Translations under genes and position numbers: made by a program
Notes under the pieces: model-generated
The model's database searches: none
The model's input: the letters and a program-made list of their open reading frames with translations, nothing else
What the model was told of the DNA's origin: nothing
Assembly: GCF_006345805.1 (NCBI RefSeq)
Contig: NW_021835609.1
Span: 1-26,154, forward strand
Length of the DNA stretch: 26,154 nucleotides
Direction of reading: 5' to 3'
Source: Octopus sinensis
Taxonomy: Eukaryota
Shown here: piece by piece, positions 1 through 9,031 of the stretch
Layout: each line of letters opens with the position of its first letter
Position numbering within the stretch: the first letter of the stretch is position 1

Positions 1-300
1 TATCTGTGTGTGTGTGTGTGTGTGTATAAAGATCGCCTCATAATACACGTATATATGTTTGTATACATGCACATATTCACTAATACATACACACATATAT
101 ATCTGTTTATATATCTATATATACACCTGTGTAAATATCTGTATGTGTATGTATGTATTATGGATGTACATACACAGGTGCATACATACGTACATACAAA
201 TATAGAATTTATGTATGTGTGTGTGTGAGTGTCTGAGTGTGTGATTGACTGCGTGTGTGTCTATATGCATGTATGTGTGTGTATGTCTGTGTGTGTGTGT
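1..300. repeat. Mixed (TG)/(TA)/(CA) low-complexity tract
   Basis: Interleaved dinucleotide runs; source of the spurious ORF 10..228. Confidence 0.85.
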
Positions 301-1328
301 ATTGGGAAACTAAAAATGAAAATGTTCGTCAAAGATGCTGCAAAAATAAAAGGCAACACAAAAGAAATATTAAATCTTAAAGAGAAGGAATTATGTTCCT
401 AATTACCGAGATAAACACGAATGATTCTTTGTCATTTTAAATGTGGCCAAGAAACAGTGGAGAAAGGAAAAAAAACGAAAAAGAAAATTGAAGACAAGAA
501 AAGAATACCAAACAGTTTTTTATTGTGTGTGAGTCTTTGTTCGTCTGTCTCTGTCTTGGAATTGGAGAGGTCAATAACTTTCGGAAAAAGAATCTGATGA
601 ATTGATTTTACCGTAATGTATTTGTAGATGTTTCATTTATAGCAACGGTAAAAAGAGCACAAAAAAATGATAATGCTTCGGTGAGATCGCTCCACCTGCT
701 AGAAAAAAGAGCTAAATAGTCTTCATATCACTATTTACCATCACAGGAAAGAGTATATTAAAAATGTATTAAAAATCTTGTAGGGACACCGTATTTCGTA
801 TTGCAGCCGTAATGTACTCCCGAGTATATTAAAGAGTAATAAATCCATATTGGGTCCTGCTTTTGTGCTAGGATCGTGATTCAATCACTTTTAACTTTAT
901 CTTATAAACCTTTAACGTAATTTGTTGCACATTATGGATGTAAAAAGAAATATCGTGTCCTTCTCAGCAATTAATGACTACCTGCCAGTTGCCAGGAATG
1001 TATTTAACATGTAAACTTGGCCGAACCAACTGCCACGGCACTAAACATTGTGGCTGTTTAAGCAATGTGTTCGTGGATGACTAATGCGATGTGGGCCTAG
1101 AGAAGGCGCAGGACCCCCTGATTTTGCATATACACGCCCTTTACCTATTTTTTCTATCTTCAGTCACATTGTTTACATAGACATATCCATACCTGAAATC
1201 TCATAAATTTCAATGTTGGCTCTAAATTCTAGAGAAAATCTGTAAACATATTTAAAGCGATTAAAATGTATTTTCGTTATTTACATTATTTACATTTGAC
1301 GGATATTTGTCCTTGTCTTGTTTGTTTT

Positions 1329-1371
1329 AACACATTTCGGCTGATATACCCTCCAGCCTTCATGAGGTGTC
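1329..1371 (-). ncRNA. Degenerate minimal hammerhead ribozyme
   Basis: Minus: GACAC-CUCAUGA-A-GGCUG-GAGGGUAUAU-CAGCC-GAAA-UGUGUU. Stem II intact and stem I plausible. Core has CUC instead of CUG, and the C-GUH segment after GAAA is missing. Confidence 0.5.
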
Positions 1372-1434
1372 TGGGGGAAATTTTGAACCTAGGTTCTCAT
1401 CCCTAAGGTATTTTTCGATGTTATTATTATTGGC

Positions 1435-1472
1435 GTTAGTAGCCCCTGCTCTTAACCACTACGCCATATGCC
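1435..1472 (-). other. tRNA-like 5' half (A box, no B box) inside the PLE 3' region
   Basis: Minus: GGCATATGGCGTAGTGGTTAAGAGCAGGGGCTACTAAC. TGGCGTAGTGG is an A-box/D-arm match; the sequence then breaks into (AAT)n. Confidence 0.45.
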
Positions 1473-1555
1473 TGTGAGCAATTATTGAGTAAATTTTAGG
1501 GCTTATAAATCTAATATTTTCCTATCCTTCCTTAATACCGGTTTCCATATGCTAC

Positions 1556-1923
1556 TCATATCTGCACTCTGCTGAGGAGGTTGTTGTGTCCTAGCATTTG
1601 TGCTGCTTCTTTTAGTTTTCGTATTTTCCAGTGGTGTTCTCTGTCTATTATTTTAACTTCATCCCATATGGGGAGGTGGTCTCCATTTTTCCATACATGA
1701 TTAGCTATACCCGATTTATCAATATCTCCTCGTGTCACAGCTTTGCGATGTTCGTCTACCCTTATTTTGAGGGGGCGCATGCTTCGCTTTTGTATAACCT
1801 ACCACAGCTGCATGGGATGGGGTACATGCATTTCTTAGCCATATTCTCTTCTAGTGCTGGTTTTACTCAGAAGAGATATTTGAGAAGTATTGTACTGATT
1901 TTGAATACTGTCCTGATGTCAAA
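1556..1923 (-). pseudogene. PLE GIY-YIG endonuclease remnant
   Basis: FDIRTVFK...L*VKPALEENMAKKCMYPIPCSCGRLYKSEAC / RPLKIRVDEHRKAV...SGIANHVW...KLKEA resembles the PLE VYxIPCxCGxxYIGET-R-H motif. One stop and one frameshift. Confidence 0.85.
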
Positions 1924-2032
1924 TTAAATAATGTAAATAATATCTAGAACAGAGAAATGTATTTTGTGAGCAAAAATTCTGTGAAACAATTCTATGTGGA
2001 ATGCTTATATTATAGCTCTGCACGATGACAAC

Positions 2033-2308
2033 AGCTGGTAGAATCGTTAGTACGTCGGACGAAATGCTTAACGGTATTTTGCCTGCCGCTACGTTCTGAG
2101 TTCAAATTCCGCCGAGATCGACTTTGCCTTTCATCCTTTCGGGGTCGATTAAATAAGTACCAGTTACGCACTGGAGTCGATATAATCGACAGAATCCGTT
2201 TGTCTGTCCTTGTTCGTCCCCTCTGTTTTTAGCCCCTTGTGGGTAGTAAAGAAATATGTATTTTGCCTGCCGATACGTTTTGAATTTAAATTCCGCCGAG
2301 GTCGATTT
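2033..2308 (+). mobile_element. tRNA-derived SINE family A plus tandem partial second unit (2257-2308)
   Basis: A-box-like TGGTAGAATCGTTAG and B box GAGTTCAAATTCC; colinear with the copy at 9052-9284. Confidence 0.9.
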
Positions 2309-2513
2309 CAGGGTTACTTTGGCACATTTTTCTAATCCAAATTTCATGTCTATTTCATTGGTAAATCCATGTACTGTCTGTAGCAATGTTTCCAGCTGTT
2401 TATCATTTGTAGCGTACAGTTTTAGGTCATCCGTATATAAGAGGTGGCTGATTGTTTTGCCGTAACAGATGTATCCATATCCAGTTCTGTTTAGCATGTT
2501 AGATAAAGGTGAG
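2306..2513 (-). mobile_element. R4/Dong-like LINE reverse-transcriptase fragment (catalytic region)
   Basis: ISPLSNMLNRTGYGY...ISHLLYTDDLKLYATNDKQLETLLQTVHGFTNEIDMKFGLEKCAKVTLK: YxDD motif and FGLEKCAK, typical of R4-clade RT. Starts right after (AAT)n. Confidence 0.85.
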
Positions 2514-2525
2514 ATTATTATTATT

Positions 2526-2985
2526 GAGAGAGCAGTGTGTGCCACTTGGGTAAACATACGAAGCCCAGTATACCCATCATGACTACCCGTCTGATAAGAG
2601 TACACCAGGCTCATGCATCACAACCATATATACGTGACATGGTGATCTCACATCAAGACAAACGGCGCATGACCTTGCAGGTGGGAACCAGTTAGAATTT
2701 TCTTCAGGTCGATTAGACCATCCCGCTCAAAAGTTCCCTGAATAAGGGTACCTTAATGAGGTTGAACGAAATATCCATGTTTCCAGAGGTGAATTATTCA
2801 AAACCCAGAGAATTCCTTTCAATACTTGGCTATCATGTCCCCCCCACACCTCTGCCCGTGATCAGAGGTGCACATATCGTCAACCACCAAGGGATATGCT
2901 CTACTGATTAAGGTCAAACAACTGACAAGCAAATCTCTGGTATTGAGCAGAATATTAGATGTAGCCCATCTTTTATACCAAGACA
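2526..2985 (-). mobile_element. R4-associated non-coding repeat unit, copy 1 (5'-truncated)
   Basis: Reverse complement aligns with 11055-11608 (e.g. CCCACCTGCAAGGTCATG...GAGATCACCATGTC); ends in an (AAT)n tail. Confidence 0.8.
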
Positions 2986-3034
2986 GTTCCTCCTTACAGG
3001 ACCAGTACTTATACTAGAAAAGGTTATTATTATT

Positions 3035-3820
3035 GTTTTACTTTTCAGAACGTTCGGTTTTGTTTGCTCAAGTAGAATCTGTGAGAGCGGCCAAAAGCCT
3101 GCAGTTAGAGATTTCACAGGGTCTCTTTACGCACATTATAAGCTTTGGTACTTGGTTGTTAATTATCGTGTAAAACATTCAACATCCAATTACCACTCTC
3201 AATATCTTAACTGTCCCCAGCAAGGCAGTTTTTTGGCTTGCTCTGCTCTCATGTCAATTCTGATTTCTTTGACATATTTCTCGAAATTGGTTGTTTGTGT
3301 TCCGAGTGTTCCTACGACAACTGGAAGGACAGACACTCTCCTCATAGTCCACATTCTTGAAATTTCGTCTTTTAATAGTCCGTACTTTTCAATTTTTTTC
3401 TAGTCCTTTATCATTTATGCGTGCATCTCCAGATATTGCAATATCATTCATCTTGGTTTCCTTTTTTTCCCCCTTTATCTACCACAACAATATTTGGTCT
3501 CCGAGTATCAATTAGGGAGTCAAATTGGATTGTAAAATCCCACAGTATCTTTATGTTCCTTGTTCTCGGTGACTCCTGGTTCGTACTATTTCCGTGCTCG
3601 GTTCAGGCCGTACTTTTCGCATAGCCTCCAGTAGACAAATTTAGCCACGTTTTCGTGCTTACTGTTGTGGTGCTTTTGTGGTCAGCTTGCTACAGTCACG
3701 CACAATATATTCGATGGTTTCGTTTTTGCTGCCACACATCCTTCAAAGTGATGATTCGCTGATCTTATCGATTTGGAACGTTGTGTGATTAGTTTTCAGT
3801 GCTTGTTCCTGGGTGCAGCT
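3035..3820 (-). mobile_element. R4/Dong-like LINE 3' end: zinc-knuckle and restriction-like endonuclease remnant, 3' UTR and (AAT)n tail
   Basis: QEQALKTN...RMCGSKNETIEYIVRDC...HENVAKFVYW...KILWDF...RRPNIVVVDK...DIA...KIEKY...PVVVGTLG...ALLGTVKILR; stop at 3179-3181; several frameshifts and stops. Confidence 0.9.
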
Positions 3821-4114
3821 TATCGACATTTCAGGTCTTGTGTCTTTAGTAGAAACGATTATCATATTTGGCCCAAAAAAAAAAAAAAATGACCGCCCCG
3901 AAATGCAATATTCTTCTTATTATTTTCATTGTATTTCTCTTCGTTTTGTTTTACTTAAATGCATCACATTTTCAGAAGGTGTCGTGTTGCTATTTCTAAC
4001 AGCTGCAACTAGGAGTTCAATTTGTTGTTCGAAGTACCATCTCCAAACTGTTTTCTTCTTTGAGAACACAGCTTTTGCATCCAGTGAGGTCTTTCTCTAA
4101 TTTCTTTCATTATC

Positions 4115-4157
<43 letters not shown>

Positions 4158-4348
4158 ATAGTAGTAGTAGTAGTAGTAGTAGTAGTAGCAGCAGCAGCAG
4201 TACCAGCAGCTGTAGTAGTAGTAGTAGTAGCAGCAGCAGCAATAACAGCTGTTGTAGTAGTAGTAGTTGTTGTTGTTGTTGTTGTAGTATTAGTAGTATT
4301 AGTAGTATTAGTAGTAGTAGTAGTAGTAGTAGTAATAGTAGTAGTAAC

Positions 4349-4380
<32 letters not shown>

Positions 4381-4430
4381 AGTAGTAGTAGTAGTAGTAT
4401 TAGTAGTAGCAGCAGCAGCAGTAGTAGTAG
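4115..4430. repeat. Compound (AGT)n/(AGC)n/(TGT)n microsatellite
   Basis: Directly visible. Confidence 0.95.
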
Positions 4431-4431
4431 G

Positions 4432-4580
4432 ATGACGAGGGGTAAGCCTGCCAGATGGCACACTCGATAGCGGGATGTCACGAAAAACGCTTCGAGGTAT
4501 TTCTTCGGGTGCGTTATATTGTGACCGGAAATATTGTGGAGATCGACGTTTTTCTGGGATCGATAAAAAGAGTTCCTTCA
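4432..4580 (+). mobile_element. Highly diverged SINE family A relic
   Basis: GAAAAACGCTTCGAGGTATTTC...GAGATCGAC...GGGATCGATAAAAAGAGTTCC is colinear with the family A body by eye. Confidence 0.4.
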
Positions 4581-4641
4581 GGCGATGGTATCAGAGAAGC
4601 CATCGACTCCAAATTGCCGACCTTTTGCCAGAATCAGAAAC

Positions 4642-4802
4642 GGCTGTGTGGTAAGTAGCTTGCTTACCAACCACATGATTCCGGGTTCAGTCCCACTGCG
4701 TGGCCTCCTTGGGCAAGTGTCTTCTACTATAGCCTCAGGCCGACCAATGCCTTGTGAGTGGATTTGGTAGACGGAAACTGAAAGAAGCCCGTCGTATATA
4801 TG

Positions 4803-4842
<40 letters not shown>

Positions 4843-5071
4843 CGTGTATGTTTGTGTCTCTGTGTTTGTCCCCCTAGCATTGCTTGACAACCGATGCTGG
4901 TGTGTTTATGTCCCCGTCATCTAGCGGTTCGGCAAAAGAGACCGATAGAATAAGTGCTGGGCTTACAAAAGAATAAGCCCCGGGGTCGAGTTGCTCGATT
5001 AAAGGCGGTGCTCCAGCATGACGGCAGTCAAATGACTGAAGCAAGTAAAAGAGAAAAAGAGTAAAGAGAGT
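4642..5071 (+). mobile_element. tRNA-derived SINE family B with internal (TA)n(TG)n
   Basis: A box GGCTGTGTGG, B-box-like GGTTCAGTCCC, CORE-like CCTTGGGCAAGTG, A/G-rich tail; near-identical inverse copy at 23512-23931. Confidence 0.9.
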
Positions 5072-5496
5072 AGTGATTAATTTTGTCGTTGCTGTTGTTG
5101 TTCTTGATGATGATGATGCTTTGGTATTGTTGGGAACTTTCCAGAAAACCGTTCATGTTTCGGTTAGGAATCGGTGAGAAATAACAGTCATTTTGGGGGA
5201 ATAATTCCCTTTTCCGCCTCTAAATGCGCAGGTATTCAGGAATAACGATGCAGAGACTAATATGTTTTTAAGAAAAATATATATAAATATTTACAAACCA
5301 TATACATTTAGGCATGTACATTCATATACATTAAATATATACATGATGCACTCACGCACCCACACAAGCACGCTACACGCGCACATACGCACACATATGC
5401 ACACATACATAATTATATATCACGGACTCAACGGTATATAGAAAATCAAATCAAATAGCAAATATTTAATTTTCACAAAATCATACACATACACTG

Positions 5497-5502
5497 ATAT
5501 AT

Positions 5503-5546
<44 letters not shown>

Positions 5547-5569
5547 ATATAATATATATATATACGTAC

Positions 5570-5621
<52 letters not shown>

Positions 5622-5624
5622 ATA

Positions 5625-5676
<52 letters not shown>

Positions 5677-5728
5677 ATATATATATATATATATGTATGT
5701 ATGTATATATATATACACACACACACAC
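5497..5728. repeat. Long interrupted (TA)n followed by (CA)n
   Basis: Directly visible. Confidence 0.95.
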
Positions 5729-6230
5729 TAGAGGAAAATAGTGAGGAAATTACGTTGAGAGAGAGAGAGAGTGGGAGAGAGTGAAAGAGAGAGTGGGGGA
5801 AAGGGCTGTGTGGGGGCGAGTGTTTGCGTCAAAACTGCTTGAGTAAGTTGAATTCTTAAGAATATGTTATCATATGTGACAGTCTTTAAAATTAAAAATG
5901 ATACTTTGGAAAAGCGTCCGTCAGCCTTTAATAAATCTTTTAATTTTTTTCCTTGCGTCGTAAACCATTAAGTTCAAACAATCAAACAACAGTGTTTTTC
6001 TTTCTCTTGTTGTCTTTGTTTAAAGGAAACAATCTTCTGTTTTTCATCGATTTTTCTATTTCGCTCTTTTTTATTTTTTCTCCTTTCATTTGTTTTTTAT
6101 TCGTTTTTTTTCTTTTATTATGAGTTGAGGAGGTTGTTGTTACCTTGGTTTTCTGTTCATTGTTCTGTTGATTGTTGGTGTTTTGTTCGAATAATTGTAT
6201 CGGAAAGCCGTACATGTGATCGTATTCCGA

Positions 6231-7810
6231 ATATATTATTAGTTCGTCCGTCGTTGTCGACGATGACCAAGGACATCATACGGGAGACGTCAAGCACCGG
6301 CTGTCGCCATTCAATCTCGGAGTGTCTGCAAGCTCGGAGAGTCTGCCATCTCGGAGGGTCTGCAATCTCGGAGGGTCTGCAAGCTCGGAGGGTCTGCAAG
6401 CTCGGAGGGTTTGCAATTTCGGAGGGTCTGCAAGCTCGGATGGTCTGCAATTTCGGAGGGTCTGCAATCTCGGAGGGTCTGCAAGCTCGCAGGGTCTGCA
6501 AGCTCGGAGGGTCTGCAATCTCGGAGGGTCTGCAAGCTCGGATGGTCTGCAATTTCGGAGGGTCTGCAAGCTCGGAGGGTCTGCAAGCTCGGAGGGTCTG
6601 CAAGCTCGGATGGTCTGCAATTTCGGAGGGTCTGCAAGCTCGGAGGGTCTGCAAGCTCGGAGGGTCTGCAAGCTCGGAGGGTCTGCAAGCTCGGAGAATC
6701 TGCAAGCTGAGAGGGTCTGCTAGATCGGAGGGTCTGCAAGCTCGGAGGGTCTGCAATCTCGGAGGGTCTACAAGCTCGGAGGGTCTGCAAGCTCGGATGG
6801 TCTGCAATTTCGGAGGGTCTGCAAGCTCGGAGGGTCTGCAAGCTCGGAGGGTCTGCAAGCTCGGAGGGTCTGCAAGCTCGGAGGATCTGCAAGCTGGGAG
6901 GGTCTGCTAGATCGGAGGGTCTGCAAGCTCGGAGGGTCTGCAAGCTCGGAGGATCTGCAATCTCGGAGGGTCTGCAAGCTCGGAGGGTCTGCAATCTCGG
7001 AGGGTCTGCAAGCTCGGAGGGTCTGCAAGCTCGGAAGGTCTGAAAGCTCGGAGGGTCTGCAAGCTCGGAGGATCTGCAAGCTGGGAGGGTCTGCTAGATC
7101 GGAGGGTCTGCAAGCTCGGAGGATCTGCAAGCTGGGAGGGTCTGCAATCACGGAGGGTCTTCAAGCTCGGAAGGTCTGCAAGCTCGGAGGGTCTGCAATC
7201 TCGGAGGGTCTGCAAGCTCGGAGAGTCTACCCCCAATCGGACACAACATTTCTGTTGGGACTGAAAATTCCGAGGTGGCTCTGGACTTGATTAGTTCGTG
7301 TTTACTTTGGGCCTTTGCAAACCTGTTTTGTTCGTAGGAGAAGGCACTTCTGTTGGTGCCGCTTTGCCTGGCAAAGCGATCTCATGCTTGCGCTTCTTAG
7401 GATCGAAGTTGTTCTCAAAGATCTTCAGGGAGGCTTTGAGTGTGTCCTTGAAGTGATTCTTCTCTGTTCACCTAGCATCCGCTTGCCTTCAGTGAGTTCA
7501 TTGTAAAACATTGAGGAGTCTTGTTAGGCATTCGAGCAAGGTGGCCTGCCCTCCTAACTTACACTCTCTTCGACAGTATGTAAATGCTTGAAAGCTCGCT
7601 CGAGAGAACACCTCCTTGTCTGGGACCTTGTCTTGCCAACAAGTTTTTCAACAGTTTTTTCAAGAATTTCAATTGGAAGACATTTGGCTTTTTGTTGTGA
7701 TGTTCGTAAACCGTCTAACTTTCGTGGTCATACAGTAGTGTGGGCAGTACAACTGCTTGGTACATCTACTTCGTGGCCTTGCCGAAACCACCATTCCGAA
7801 TACAATGCAA
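6231..7810 (-). mobile_element. 5'-truncated RTE-like LINE 3' end interrupted by a minisatellite
   Basis: Minus: MYQAVVLPTLLYDHES*TVY...WQDKVPDKEV...RAGHLARMP...YNELTEGKR...FKDTLKASLKIF...SYEQNR...LCPIGGRL. Matches the RTE-type post-RT region. 3' UTR ends GGTCATCGTCGACAACGACGGACGAACT then AATAAT. Confidence 0.85.
6311..7228. repeat. 17-bp GC-rich minisatellite, 54 units, consensus GCAAGCTCGGAGGGTCT
   Basis: Parsed unit by unit: 918 bp = 54 x 17, substitutions only. Confidence 0.97.
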
Positions 7811-8318
7811 GATTTTCTTGGTATGGAAAACATGTTGCTGTTATTTTTGTCATTATTGTTGTTCTTCTTGTTTATCCAAGATCATATTCTTGCTGTAATA
7901 TAATACAACCCAGGCATGACCATCTAGACATTTACCTTATTTAACATTACATAATGATTACATAATGATACGTAACATTCTTCTCAAGAGTTTGATTTTT
8001 AAGGACTAGATTTTATGTTCCAAATCGGCCGTAAATATGCCTATTCTCCCACCTCATCGCCAAGAAAAGTTCAGCTCAGCAGCAAGTTACACAATTTGAC
8101 GTTCGTAGAAAATGTTATGGAACTGGCTTTCTATATAACATTCAGCTTCGTTATGTCAGATGAGGCGAGGGCAAGTCTAGGTTTTATGTCCTTCTTTATG
8201 AGCTCTTGTAAATGTTCATTGGAGATATTAGGTATTTAAAGCAATTCTCTTCTTCAATGTTTTAGGTTTTCCATAATAATTCCAACTTGATGCAATTTAG
8301 TTGTAACTATTGGCCAAA

Positions 8319-8795
8319 ATCTTGATATTTTCTGAATCAAACTCAATTATGTAAGCTATTGTTATGCTTTTCAATCTAATGGTCAGCACCTGAATCTTTG
8401 CTCGAAATGATGCATACCAAATTTCCAGCAACTAGTTTTCAAAATGGTGAGTAATGAAGGTTATGTCATGCCACGTGACACCACCCTTCTGCAAGGTCTT
8501 AGAATTAAAAATACTAGGTAAGTTGAGGTGCTGACAAAAATATTGTTAAACTCTGGATGGATGAAGTACGCAGTGGAAGACCTTATGCGTTTGAACGAGA
8601 CTCACCACCTTCTCACAAATACTCCGAGACCCAAGAATGAATATCAGACAATTAATACCATTATGTAATGTCATACCCGAAACCTTCAAACTTACCGAAT
8701 TTAATTCCCATGGACAATAATGTGTGTAGTGCTGTTGAAACGGATGCTGGTCGATATATTCACAATATCATAACTCCGCGGACAGTCGCTATTGC
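8319..8795 (+). mobile_element. Degenerate Tc1/mariner transposase, DD37D (maT-type) catalytic domain
   Basis: MHTKFPAT...VSNEGYVMP...LQGLRI...VKLWMDEV/SGRPYAFERDSPPSH...PSNLPNLIPMDNNVCSAVETD. D codons at 8599-8601 and 8713-8715 are 37 codons apart; two in-frame stops. Confidence 0.85.
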
Positions 8796-8923
8796 CTTGG
8801 TAAAATGCTAAATAAATAAGTGTTATTTAGTTTATCAGTGGCAAAGATTGAAGTCCCGCAATGAATCAGTCACCGAGAGTTTTTTTTTTACAAAATTACA
8901 GACAATTAGAACCCTGTATACAC

Positions 8924-8939
8924 TCACACACACACATAT

Positions 8940-9030
<91 letters not shown>
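8924..9030. repeat. (CA)n(TA)n microsatellite
   Basis: Directly visible. Confidence 0.95.

Positions 9031-9031
<1 letters not shown>

Larger units (their letters stand above)
1277..1940 (-). mobile_element. 5'-truncated Penelope-like element (PLE): GIY-YIG end plus 3' non-coding region
   Basis: Minus strand encodes a GIY-YIG endonuclease C-terminus followed by a non-coding tail with a hammerhead-like motif. Ends carry an inverted repeat (1277-1300 vs 1918-1940). Confidence 0.85.

Noticed and set aside
4009-4461. Long poly-Leu/Ser/Val/Ile-Tyr ORFs here and at 5420-5728, 9885-10688, 16942-17767, 22103-22501 and 25470-26143
   Set aside because: They are translations of microsatellites, which lack stops by construction.
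4578-4880. Similar peptides in ORFs 4578..4880 and 23695..23946, suggesting paralogous genes
   Set aside because: Both are antisense or sense translations of SINE B copies.
6311-7228. CRISPR-like array
   Set aside because: Units abut with no unique spacers, no cas genes, eukaryotic context.
6125-7236. Eight overlapping ORFs of 99-261 aa with a Cys-containing 17-aa repeat
   Set aside because: Open on both strands and in all frames because the 17-bp unit has no stop; located inside a dead LINE.
8040-8240. Minus-strand stretch ISNEHLQELIKKDIKPRLALAS between the RTE and maT relics
   Set aside because: Short, interrupted by stops, no recognisable motif.
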